Source of the DNA: Firmicutes bacterium UBA4795
Lineage (GTDB): Bacteria > Bacillota > Desulfotomaculia > Desulfotomaculales > Nap2-2B
DNA length: 64,000 bases
NCBI GenBank assembly: GCA_002402825.1
Contig: DHGP01000004.1
Span: forward strand, 19,259-83,258
Reading direction: 5' to 3'
Numbering within the stretch: position 1 is the first letter of the stretch; every line of letters begins with the position of its first letter. Positions 55,936 to 64,000 of the stretch are shown here, in pieces. A program made the position numbers and the translations under genes. The notes under the pieces are model-generated. The model was not told the DNA's origin and did no database searches. It worked only from the letters and a program-made list of their open reading frames with translations.

Positions 55936-57275
55936 AGGCCGCTAACCACCATCTCACATACTCTAATGGTTGGCGCGCCGCGGCTGCCTAAGAAAGTTAA
56001 ATCATTTCCTATCCCGTCTATTTTGTTAAAAAATTCTAATATATTCCCGGCAATAGTTATTCCCCTTACGGGTTGGGTTAACCGGCCGTGTTCAATAAGA
56101 ATTCCTGTGGCGCCGACGGAAAAGTCTCCTGAAATAGGATTTGCCGTATGCATGCCGATAACTTCGGTTACCAATAAGCCGCTGGAAATATTTTTAACCA
56201 GTTCGGCTGGTGAAAATTGACCGCTTTGTATAAAAAAATTCGTGGTTCCTACTTCCGGCGTACCTTTAAAAGTGGACCGTATTCCGTTGCCCGTAGAAGT
56301 TGCTCCTGCTTTAGCTGCCGTATAGGTATTGTGCAAAAACCCCTGCAAAACGCCATTTTGAATTAATATGGTGCGTTGACTAGGAACGCCTTCCCCGTCA
56401 AAAGGACATGAAGCAAGACCATCAGGTAAAGTACCATCATCAATAATGGTTACTTCTTGAGCGGCTACCCTTTGATTTATTTTAGCTGTTAGCAAGGAGC
56501 GTTTTTTCTGGACTGCCTCGGCAGAAAGAGAAGCGCCTAGTAAACCTAAAAAACCAATGGCTACGTAAGGCTCTAAAACCACCGCCACTTTTCGGGTAGA
56601 AATAGGTTTAGCGCCTAATAGTCTTAAGGCTCGTTGACTGGCCTCTTCTCCTACTTTTCGAATGTTTAAATCTTTGTAACGCAAGCGGTAATCAAGAGCA
56701 AAACCAGTTTGACTATCCTCCGCATCTTGTGCTATTACGGCTATAAAAAGACCACAAGAGGCGCTTTGGCAAGCTGCTGCCACCCCTAAACTGTTTATTA
56801 GAAGTGTCTCTGATTCTTCATCCTGGTAGGTAGAGCTTTCTATAATTTTGATGCGCGCATCATAAGCCTGGGCTATTTTTTCCATGCGCCGGGCGAGCTC
56901 AACTTTTTCTTCTACCGGAGTTTTACGAATTTCCGGATCATATAAATCTAAAGAAGGGTAAACTGAAACCTTACCAGGAAGAATGTTATTTAAATCAGCA
57001 CTAGTCTGGCTTGCGTTAGCGACGGCCTCACGCGTCAGTTCACGCAATATTTCCGGAGTTAGCTCAGTGCAAAAAGCAAACCCGGTGCGCCCGGCCGTAA
57101 AAACCCTTAACCCTAAACCTTTATCCCGGGCCAGCTTTATAGTTTCAATTTTATCATTTCTAACTTCAATGGTAAGTTCAGAAGCCTCATTAAGGTATAC
57201 TTCAGCTTCTTTCGCCCCGGCCTTTTTTGCTTCTTCCAGGGTAAACTCACCCACTTTTAACAAGGAAGCGTTCAT
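55932..57275 (-). CDS. TldD/PmbA-family metalloprotease
   Basis: 447 aa with the C-terminal GDFS.G..G..IE.G pattern of PmbA/TldD. No partner subunit gene is adjacent. Confidence 0.85.
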   Translation of the reverse strand: MNASLLKVGEFTLEEAKKAGAKEAEVYLNEASELTIEVRNDKIETIKLARDKGLGLRVFTAGRTGFAFCTELTPEILRELTREAVANASQTSADLNNILPGKVSVYPSLDLYDPEIRKTPVEEKVELARRMEKIAQAYDARIKIIESSTYQDEESETLLINSLGVAAACQSASCGLFIAVIAQDAEDSQTGFALDYRLRYKDLNIRKVGEEASQRALRLLGAKPISTRKVAVVLEPYVAIGFLGLLGASLSAEAVQKKRSLLTAKINQRVAAQEVTIIDDGTLPDGLASCPFDGEGVPSQRTILIQNGVLQGFLHNTYTAAKAGATSTGNGIRSTFKGTPEVGTTNFFIQSGQFSPAELVKNISSGLLVTEVIGMHTANPISGDFSVGATGILIEHGRLTQPVRGITIAGNILEFFNKIDGIGNDLTFLGSRGAPTIRVCEMVVSGL

Positions 57276-57315
57276 TATAGATTGCTCCTTCCTATTAACG
57301 TTAGTTAATTTATCT

Positions 57316-57897
57316 TTAGTTAATTTGTCTAATTTTTTCTTTGTGCTCCTTTAAATAGTTTTCGTATTGGGCGTTAATTTGGTTTTGTATTTTATGCCAT
57401 TCCTGCAAAAATTCAGGTTGTTTTTCTATATCAATTTTCACTTTTGTTCCTAATTGTTGCTCCAAACGAGCTTTAGCAGCCTTGAAGTGCCTGGACATTT
57501 TTTCTTTTAAACTTTGGTAATTTTGATTTATGGCCTTTAAGTAATAATCAAATAAATACTCCATTTCCCCAAATACCTGGTTTACGGCCCTTTTATCTCG
57601 TTTAAGCGCCAGGATTCCTTCAAAAGCCCGCTTGTTATTTTCTTTGGCGGCTTCATTTTCCGGCAGACGGATATTGCTTAAAAAAGTCTCTTCAGCTCCG
57701 GTTCTTAAATGTTTTTGTACTTTAACCTCGTATTTTTTAAACTCTTCCTCTAAATTAAAGCTTTTATCCCGCATATATTGACTTGCAGCTTGGCTTCCTT
57801 TAGGAGCATATTCTATTGCCTCCAGTTGTTCCGGTGATACCGTAATTTTTTCCGCGCGTTCCAGGGCTTTTTCGTAAGCACTTTTTATTTTCTCCAC
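57316..57897 (-). CDS. hypothetical coiled-coil protein (paralogue of 35900..36475)
   Basis: 193 aa with the same length class, N-terminal motif and Lys/Glu-rich helical composition as 35900..36475. Confidence 0.6.
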   Translation of the reverse strand: MEKIKSAYEKALERAEKITVSPEQLEAIEYAPKGSQAASQYMRDKSFNLEEEFKKYEVKVQKHLRTGAEETFLSNIRLPENEAAKENNKRAFEGILALKRDKRAVNQVFGEMEYLFDYYLKAINQNYQSLKEKMSRHFKAAKARLEQQLGTKVKIDIEKQPEFLQEWHKIQNQINAQYENYLKEHKEKIRQIN

Positions 57898-57946
57898 CCT
57901 TTAATTAAAACCTCCTTTTGAGATGACAATTACAAAACATTATCCT

Positions 57947-58002
57947 GGGGCAGGCTAGAAGCCTGCCCTACCGAAGCCTGCCCTACCGAAGCCTGCCCTA
58001 CC
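57947..58002 (-). repeat. REP-like element: three tandem 15-mers GGTAGGGCAGGCTTC, the last completing a hairpin GGGCAGGC-ttcta-GCCTGCCC
   Basis: Read on the minus strand, the first GTAG supplies the polX TAG stop codon (TGG TAG). Confidence 0.85.
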
Positions 58003-59713
58003 ACTGTTTAGCTAAAAAAGCGGTTAAATCACGATAGCTAAGGGTATTAAGCACGTCTTTTGCCTCTAGCCAGCCTCTTCTGGCCGTACGTAAGCCTAAT
58101 TGAAGAAATTCCATTTGTTCTACGGCGTGGGCATCAGTGCCAATACCCAGCTTAACCCCGTACCCGGCAGCCGCCCGCGAAGCACGGTCATTAAGGTCAA
58201 GCCTTTTATAATAAGCGTTAATTTCCAGAACTTTTTTTGCGCGAGCGCAAGCTTGGCATAAGAGTTCTAAATTTATAGGGTAAGGTTCCCGTTCCCCTAA
58301 AAGTCTTCCCGTAGGATGGGCAATAATATGGACGTATGGATGATTAATTGCGGACAGAAGCCGCTTTGTCTGGGTAGCTTCATCTTGTTTGAACCCAGTA
58401 TGGATAGCGGCAATTACCAGGTCAAGTTCCTTTAATATTTCATCCGGATAATCAAGATTCCCGTCAAGGTTAATATCTACTTCGGCCCCGCATAAAAGTT
58501 TTACGTCCTGGTTTTTTTGGTTAAAAGTCTTGATTTGAGCTATTTTTTCCTTCAGGGCAGTTATTTCTACCCCCCTGGCTATTCTTAGCGACGGAGAATG
58601 ATCGCAAATGACCACCCATTCCAGCCCCATTTGCCGTGCCTTGGCCGCAATTTCCGCCACAGTATTGGCCCCGTCACTATATCTTGAATGGACGTGTAAA
58701 TCTCCTTTAATATCTTCCGGGCTGATTAGCCGGGGTAGTTTTCCTGCCGCGGCGGCTTCAATTTCACCCCAGTCCTCACGTAATTCAGGCGGAATAAAAG
58801 GCAGGCCAACGGCGGCAAAAATCTCTTCCTCCGTTGCTCCCCCAAGCAGCCTTTCTCCCTTAAAGATACCGTATTCATTAATTTTTAAACCCATTTGGCT
58901 GGCTAACTCCCTAATCCGGATATTGTGAGCCTTAGAACCCGTAAAATAACAAAGGGCTGCGCCATAGCTTTCTTTCTCTACTACCCGCAAGTCATATTGG
59001 AGACCTTCCTTGGTGCGTATTGTTGTTTTTGTTGGCCCGCTTACCAATACTTCGGCCACGATAGGCAACCTGGTATAAAATGACATCACTTCTTCGGGAT
59101 AGGGAGAAGAAACTAAAAGGTCAATATCCTTAACCGTTTCCTTCCATCTTCTGGTGCTGCCCGCCAGGCTAATTCTTTCTACCGGGGCTTCCTGACTTAA
59201 TACTTTAACGATATTTAAAGCCTGAGGCAAAACGCTGCCTAAAGGGAAACGTGCCCTTCCTTTCCTTAATAAAGCAATTCCTTTTAAAATATTTTCCTCT
59301 GTTTTGGCTTTAATCCCCGGCAAATTTCGCAACTTTTGATCCTGGGCCAGTCGTTCCAGTTCCTCTATGCCTGTTACCCCCAGTTTTTCGTATAACACTT
59401 TAGCGGTGCGCGGCCCAACCCCTGGAATGTTTAAAAATTCAACCAAACCTGGCGGTATTTCTTTTTTTAATTCCTCGTACTTTTTTAAAGTGCCGGTAGT
59501 TAAAACCTCGTTAATTTTTTGGGCCAGGTCTTTGCCAATTCCCGGTATAGCGGTTAAATCGCCGCGTTGGGCAATTAAGGCAATATCCTCCGTTAAATTT
59601 TCCACACTTTGGGCTGCTTTTTGGTAAGCCCGGACCCGGAAAGGGCTTTCGTTTTTTATTTCCAGGATATTAGCAATACCTTTAAAAATAGCGGCTATTT
59701 CATAATTTTTCAT
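57998..59713 (-). CDS. polX: family X DNA polymerase with a C-terminal PHP phosphoesterase domain (PolX)
   Basis: The N-terminal HhH motifs include GIGKDLAQKI and IPGVGPRTA. The polymerase beta palm shows GSTRRWKETVKDIDLL. The PHP domain shows GDLHVHS and GTDAH. Confidence 0.92.
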   Translation of the reverse strand: MKNYEIAAIFKGIANILEIKNESPFRVRAYQKAAQSVENLTEDIALIAQRGDLTAIPGIGKDLAQKINEVLTTGTLKKYEELKKEIPPGLVEFLNIPGVGPRTAKVLYEKLGVTGIEELERLAQDQKLRNLPGIKAKTEENILKGIALLRKGRARFPLGSVLPQALNIVKVLSQEAPVERISLAGSTRRWKETVKDIDLLVSSPYPEEVMSFYTRLPIVAEVLVSGPTKTTIRTKEGLQYDLRVVEKESYGAALCYFTGSKAHNIRIRELASQMGLKINEYGIFKGERLLGGATEEEIFAAVGLPFIPPELREDWGEIEAAAAGKLPRLISPEDIKGDLHVHSRYSDGANTVAEIAAKARQMGLEWVVICDHSPSLRIARGVEITALKEKIAQIKTFNQKNQDVKLLCGAEVDINLDGNLDYPDEILKELDLVIAAIHTGFKQDEATQTKRLLSAINHPYVHIIAHPTGRLLGEREPYPINLELLCQACARAKKVLEINAYYKRLDLNDRASRAAAGYGVKLGIGTDAHAVEQMEFLQLGLRTARRGWLEAKDVLNTLSYRDLTAFLAKQW

Positions 59714-61023
59714 TTTGCATTTTTTATTAGCCTTACGGCGCGTTTTTGGGTTTCAAAAAGTATTTCTTCTTCGTCAACGGTTAAAACCTGCTTGTTTTCC
59801 ATTATAAGCTGACCATCTATAATTACTGTTTCTACATCTGACCCTTGGGCCGCGTAAATCAGGTGGGCAAACAGGTCGTGATGAGGATAAAGGTGAGGTT
59901 TTTGCAGGTTGACTAAAATTATATCCGCTTTATACCCCTTTTTCAAAAGACCAATTTCTCTGCCCAGCCCTAATACTTCTGCTCCGTTAACCGTTGCCAG
60001 GGTAAGAACTTGATAGGCCGGCAGAGCCGTAGGGTCATTATTAGCTACTTTTTGTAAGAGCGCTGCGCTATGCATTTCTTCCCACATGTTCTGGTTGTTA
60101 TTACTGGCTGCACCATCAGTTCCCAAGCTAACCAAACAACCGGCGGTTAACATTTTTTTAACCGGGGCTATCCCACTGGCCAGCTTCATGTTACTTTCCG
60201 GATTATGAACTACCCCAACTCTTTTCGCGGCTAAGACGGCAATATCTTCTTCGCTCAGGTGAACGCAATGGGCGGCTGCAACTGGAACCTCAAACATTTT
60301 TATTTCTTCCATAAGCTGAACCGGCGTTGTCCCGTAATCCCGCTTAATATCCTCTATTTCCTGAGCTGTTTCCGCCAAATGAATATGAATCCCCACTTTT
60401 AATTTTTGAGCCAGTTTAATTACTTTTTTTAAAAAGTCAGGCGAACAGGTATAAGGAGCATGGGGACCCAACATTACCGTAATCCGGTTATGGGCCGCTC
60501 CGTGCCATTTATTGGCAAAGCGTTGGCTTAAAGTTAAGCCTACGGTAGAACTGGGAGGTGACTCAATTAATCCCCAGGATAAGCTGGCGCGCATCCCTAT
60601 TTTTTCTACGGCTTGAGCTACCTGGTTCATATGAAAATACATATCGGCAAAAGTAGTTGTTCCTGATTTTATCATCTCCAAGCAGCATAACAATGTTCCC
60701 CAGTATATATCATCTTTAGTAAGTTTAGCTTCCAAGGGCCAAATCTTTTCTTTCAGCCACTCCATTAAAGGCAGGTCATCCGCGTAACCCCGGAAAAGGG
60801 TCATGGCTGCGTGCGTATGAGCATTTACCAGGCCGGGAAGAACCGCCATTCCGGCCGCGTTAATTTCTTTGTCCGGCTTAAAGTCTGCGGGGGTGGTACC
60901 GGCAGGGCCTACATGGGTAATCCAGGGTCCGGTAACGGCAACTTCCCCGTTTTCAATTACTCCCTCACTCCCCTCCCTTTCCATGGTAACTACCGTACCA
61001 TCCCGTATTAATATTTTAGCCAT
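59710..61023 (-). CDS. mtaD: 5-methylthioadenosine/S-adenosylhomocysteine deaminase (MtaD-type amidohydrolase)
   Basis: It has PGLVNAHTHAAMTLFRGYADD, HLAET and GTDGAASNN motifs. Confidence 0.85.
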   Translation of the reverse strand: MAKILIRDGTVVTMEREGSEGVIENGEVAVTGPWITHVGPAGTTPADFKPDKEINAAGMAVLPGLVNAHTHAAMTLFRGYADDLPLMEWLKEKIWPLEAKLTKDDIYWGTLLCCLEMIKSGTTTFADMYFHMNQVAQAVEKIGMRASLSWGLIESPPSSTVGLTLSQRFANKWHGAAHNRITVMLGPHAPYTCSPDFLKKVIKLAQKLKVGIHIHLAETAQEIEDIKRDYGTTPVQLMEEIKMFEVPVAAAHCVHLSEEDIAVLAAKRVGVVHNPESNMKLASGIAPVKKMLTAGCLVSLGTDGAASNNNQNMWEEMHSAALLQKVANNDPTALPAYQVLTLATVNGAEVLGLGREIGLLKKGYKADIILVNLQKPHLYPHHDLFAHLIYAAQGSDVETVIIDGQLIMENKQVLTVDEEEILFETQKRAVRLIKNAK

Positions 61024-61055
61024 TAAATTTCCCCCGTAAAATTATAATTTATTAC

Positions 61056-61122
61056 GAAAACAGGCTAGAAGCCTGTTCTGTCAACCTGCTCTACCACGAA
61101 CAGGCTAGAAGCCTGTTCTACC
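61056..61122 (-). repeat. two REP-like hairpins (GTAG-AACAGGC-ttcta-GCCTGTTC) downstream of the ADH gene
   Basis: The minus-strand read is AGG TAG AACAGGCTTCTAGCCTGTTC gtGGTAGAGCAGGTtgaca GAACAGGCTTCTAGCCTGTTTTC. The first GTAG contains the ADH TAG stop. Confidence 0.85.
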
Positions 61123-62209
61123 TTTGGCATTCAATAATAACTTTCATGGAATGTTTGGCTTCAGTAACCAGCTTAAAGCCAAGCTCTGTTTCAGCTAAAC
61201 CCAAACGGTGGGTAATGAGGCCTTTAACCTGAACATTACCGGCCCGGATTAATTCTAAAGCAGTAACGTAATCGGCAGGACTACCCGCATAAGAGGTAGT
61301 TATGGTTACCCCCTTCCAAAAAAGTTCATTTACCGGCAATGATATGGTCGTTTCTGGGTTTGACGGGGCAAAAAGAAGAATTGTGCCCCCTTGTTCTACT
61401 GTTGATAAAGCCTGGTTTATAGCGCCTTCCGCCCCGGTGCAAATAATAACTAAATCAGCCAGGCGCCCCTGATTAACCTGGCGTATATATGGCGGTAAAT
61501 CTTGGTCAGCTTGAATGGTAAAATCAGCTCCTGAAGACCGCGCCATGTTTAAACGGTAATCTATTAGATCAGTGGCCATTATACATCCTGCCCCCAAGGC
61601 CCGGGCCAGCTTAATATGAATTTGCCCGGCCATGCCACTACCTATAACCAAAACACTGTTTCCTGGTTGCAGGCGGGCCAGTCTTTGACCGCGTAAGACA
61701 CAGGCTAACGGTTCAACAAAAGTTGCCTCTTCAAAGGAGATTGAATCTGGTAGTAAAAATACCCCCCGGTCTACGTTAATAGCCGGCACGCGGACATATT
61801 CAGCAAAGCCACCCGGATCAAGTTTTGTTTGACGCAAGGTCTGGCAAGCTGTATGTTGGTTATTTAAGCAGTAGTAACAAGTATTGCAAGGAACATGGTG
61901 GGCTATTACGACCCGGTCTCCTTCTTTAAACCGGCATTCTCGAAGTTCGAGGTTTGAGGTTCGAGGTTCGAATCTCGAATTTCCAACTTCGAACCTCGAG
62001 TTTGCTCCTTCTCCTACCGCCGCAATTTCACCGGCAATTTCATGACCCAATACCAGAGGTGCTTTAGGGCGGCGGTACCATTCCATTACGTCACTGCCGC
62101 AAATGCCACTGGCTTCCAGGCGTACCAGTAATTCTCCCGGTCTAATTTCTGGTACGGGCATTTCCTCAATCCGCACATCCTGGTTATGGTAATACATGGC
62201 TACCCGCAC
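61118..62209 (-). CDS. zinc-dependent alcohol/polyol dehydrogenase (MDR family, sorbitol/threonine dehydrogenase-like) carrying an in-frame repeat insertion
   Basis: The catalytic Zn site shows GICGSD and GHEIAGE. The structural Zn site is CNTCYYCLNNQHTAC, and the Rossmann motif is GSGMAG. About 23 extra residues (ANSRFEVGNSRFEPRTSNLELRECR) sit between VGEG and FKEGDRV. Confidence 0.85.
   Translation of the reverse strand: MRVAMYYHNQDVRIEEMPVPEIRPGELLVRLEASGICGSDVMEWYRRPKAPLVLGHEIAGEIAAVGEGANSRFEVGNSRFEPRTSNLELRECRFKEGDRVVIAHHVPCNTCYYCLNNQHTACQTLRQTKLDPGGFAEYVRVPAINVDRGVFLLPDSISFEEATFVEPLACVLRGQRLARLQPGNSVLVIGSGMAGQIHIKLARALGAGCIMATDLIDYRLNMARSSGADFTIQADQDLPPYIRQVNQGRLADLVIICTGAEGAINQALSTVEQGGTILLFAPSNPETTISLPVNELFWKGVTITTSYAGSPADYVTALELIRAGNVQVKGLITHRLGLAETELGFKLVTEAKHSMKVIIECQR
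61929..61993. repeat. heptamer-periodic palindromic repeat (CTCGAGGTTCGAA family) embedded in frame in the ADH coding sequence
   Basis: The coding strand reads CTCGAGGTTCGAAGTTGGAAATTCGAGATTCGAACCTCGAACCTCAAACCTCGAACTTCGAG. It shares its core with the intergenic element at 28966..29046. Confidence 0.8.
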
Positions 62210-62256
62210 TTATAATCACCACTCCTTTAACAACTAATAACTAACAACTATTTCGC

Positions 62257-62393
62257 TTAGTACTTGTAACTACTCAGGTTTATAGGGGCAAAGGCACAAA
62301 GGCACAAAGTTTTTTTGCCAGACTTGCAGATCTCTATACGTTTTCATTTCCCTTTGGACCTCTGTGCCTACCTGAATAGTTACTAGTACTTGA
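62257..62393. repeat. long composite imperfect inverted repeat between the aldolase and ADH genes
   Basis: The outer arms TAGTACTTGTAACTACTCAGG and CCTGAATAGTTACTAGTACTT match at 18 of 21 positions. The inner arms AGGCACAAAGGCACAAAG and CTTTGGACCTCTGTGCCT match at 15 of 18. The right arm contains the aldolase TAG stop. The (GGCACAAAG)x2 unit recurs at 50247-50266. Confidence 0.7.
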
Positions 62394-63168
62394 TGCTTTC
62401 GTATATTTCTTGCGCTTCTTTTGGTGAAGCATTTTCGTGCACAATAGCCCGGATAGCTTTAATCATAGCCACCGGAAAGTCATTTTGCCAGATGTTCCGG
62501 CCCAGGTTTACCCCTATAGCTCCTTTTTGCATTCCGTCGTATACAAACTGGAATACCTCAAGTTCGGTATCTACTTGAGGACCGCCGGCCATAACAACCG
62601 GTACGGGGCAACCGCGAACAACTTTTTCAAATTCCTCACAGTAATAAGTTTTTACCAACCGGGCTCCTAATTCAGCCGCAATCCGACAGCATAAGGCCAA
62701 GTAACGGGCATCACGTTTTTCCAGCTCTTTACCAACCGCGGTAACAGCCATTACCGGGAGGCCGTACTTTTCACCTTCGTCAACAAGTTTGGCCAGGTTT
62801 AATAAGGATTCATGCTCGTAATCTGTTCCTACAAAAATAGAAATACCCACCGCCGCTACATTGAGGCGAATGGCCTCTTCCATGGAAGTGGTAATTCCTT
62901 CGTGGGCCAGGTCTTTTCCTACTATGCTGGTACCACCGGATACCCTGAGAATAATAGGTTTTGTTTTTTCAGGAGCGACCGAGGAACGCAGTACTCCCCT
63001 GGTAATAAAGAGAGCGTCGGCATAAGGCAGAAGAGGTTCAATAGTTTTCCGGGGTTCTTCTAGCTTACGCGTGGGCCCCTGAAAATAACCGTGATCAACC
63101 GGCAAAAAACAACAATGACCATCGGCTTGAATAAGTTGAGCCATTCGGTTTTTCATGCCCCAATCCAT
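62383..63168 (-). CDS. class I aldolase of the DhnA/FbaB/LsrF family
   Basis: 261 aa with LPVDHGYFQGP, a (beta/alpha)8 pattern and the Schiff-base Lys region VKTYY. The substrate cannot be assigned from the sequence alone. Confidence 0.7.
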   Translation of the reverse strand: MDWGMKNRMAQLIQADGHCCFLPVDHGYFQGPTRKLEEPRKTIEPLLPYADALFITRGVLRSSVAPEKTKPIILRVSGGTSIVGKDLAHEGITTSMEEAIRLNVAAVGISIFVGTDYEHESLLNLAKLVDEGEKYGLPVMAVTAVGKELEKRDARYLALCCRIAAELGARLVKTYYCEEFEKVVRGCPVPVVMAGGPQVDTELEVFQFVYDGMQKGAIGVNLGRNIWQNDFPVAMIKAIRAIVHENASPKEAQEIYESIKY

Positions 63169-63254
63169 AAAATAACCTCCTTAAAATTTTCTTTAATAGC
63201 TGATAGCCAACCGTTAATATTAACATATTAATTTATAATGAATTTATAATGCAA

Positions 63255-63947
63255 TTATTTATGGCGCAGGACCCCCCCTAAGCACTCCCTTAAATCCTCA
63301 ATACCGTACTTGGAAAGGTAATCCTGACGTAGGAAATTAACGTCTTCACCGGCTAATACCACCGGGTGGCCAATAAGGTCGGCCAGCAAATAAACTTTAG
63401 CTGCCTTTTCTACTACCTGGCAGACAATTAAAGCCTCAAGCGCCGTTCGCCCTACTCCTACTACCCCGTGATTGGCCAGTAAAATCGCGTTATTTTGGGC
63501 TAGAGTTTCAACTGCGACACCAGCTAATTCAGGTGTCCCTGCCCGGGCATAAGGAGCTACCGGTACTTCATTCCCTACATACCGGGCTAAATCCTCTAAA
63601 ATAGGAGGGATAGGCTTACGGGCGACCGCTAAGGCACTGGCAAAGGTACTATGGGTATGCATTATGGCGTTTACGTCATCTCTGGCCTTATAAATAGCCT
63701 GATGTAAACAGAATTCGTTAGAAGGGGGACACACCCCTTCTATTATTTGTCCTTCCATGTTTAAAACAACAATATCTCTGATTTGCAAAGTTCCGTACGG
63801 CAAAATTCTAGGGGTAATTGCAATTAACTTTTCCTGAGGTATTCTGACGGAAAAATTTCCCCACTTACCTGTAACCAATGCGTTTTCAACCATGCGTAAG
63901 CTTATTTTCAAAACCTGTTCCCTTGCTTTTTCGGTGGCTACGGTCAT
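63255..63947 (-). CDS. class II aldolase/adducin-family protein (L-fuculose-phosphate aldolase-like)
   Basis: It has NAIMHTHS and ILLANHGVVGVG, the Zn-binding His cluster and catalytic region of the family. Confidence 0.85.
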   Translation of the reverse strand: MTVATEKAREQVLKISLRMVENALVTGKWGNFSVRIPQEKLIAITPRILPYGTLQIRDIVVLNMEGQIIEGVCPPSNEFCLHQAIYKARDDVNAIMHTHSTFASALAVARKPIPPILEDLARYVGNEVPVAPYARAGTPELAGVAVETLAQNNAILLANHGVVGVGRTALEALIVCQVVEKAAKVYLLADLIGHPVVLAGEDVNFLRQDYLSKYGIEDLRECLGGVLRHK

Positions 63948-64000
63948 CCTTTACCCCTTACTTTACATTATTTTATCGTACAAATTATATCTCTTTATAA

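Noticed and set aside
57958-58002. Considered whether the 15-mer tandem array, or any other repeat cluster in the window, is a CRISPR array
   Set aside because: The units are directly abutting with no unique spacers. There are only three copies, and no cas genes are nearby. No CRISPR-like repeat-spacer pattern was seen anywhere in the window.

Overview
This window is a chromosomal segment from a spore-forming Firmicute that looks Clostridia-like and moderately AT-rich. Most of it is dense, syntenic housekeeping and sporulation content. It carries spoIIAA-spoIIAB-sigF, spoVAC/AD/AE and a complete spoIIIAA-AH operon preceded by aroQ-pepP-efp, as in Bacillus. It also carries an ftsEX / M23 / Ctp protease / MinJ-like envelope block, dnaD/dnaI-like replication loaders, one tRNA-Leu(CAA) and many metabolic genes. 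The most interesting locus is 44.1-47.3 kb on the minus strand. An AgrB homologue there is followed by a 43-codon AgrD-type peptide precursor that is missing from the ORF track. No AgrC/AgrA pair follows; instead there is a polytopic membrane protein with intact GGDEF and HD-GYP domains, and a 5-TM protein of unknown function sits upstream. I read this as a candidate peptide quorum-sensing to c-di-GMP circuit. Next to it lies an Rpn/YhgA-like PD-(D/E)XK protein with a strong internal SD+ATG that could yield a C-terminal isoform, followed by a cluster of five ATGTCWAGGGG 11-mers. The window is also rich in short intergenic repeats. One class is REP-like (GTAG plus a palindrome) and overlaps TAG stop codons. 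Another class is heptamer-periodic, and one copy sits in frame inside a zinc alcohol dehydrogenase gene. A G+C-rich insert at about 12.9-14.45 kb holds a mannose-1-phosphate guanylyltransferase and a topoisomerase III fragment, and looks like a remnant of foreign DNA. All calls come from reading the sequence and translations by eye; no searches were run.
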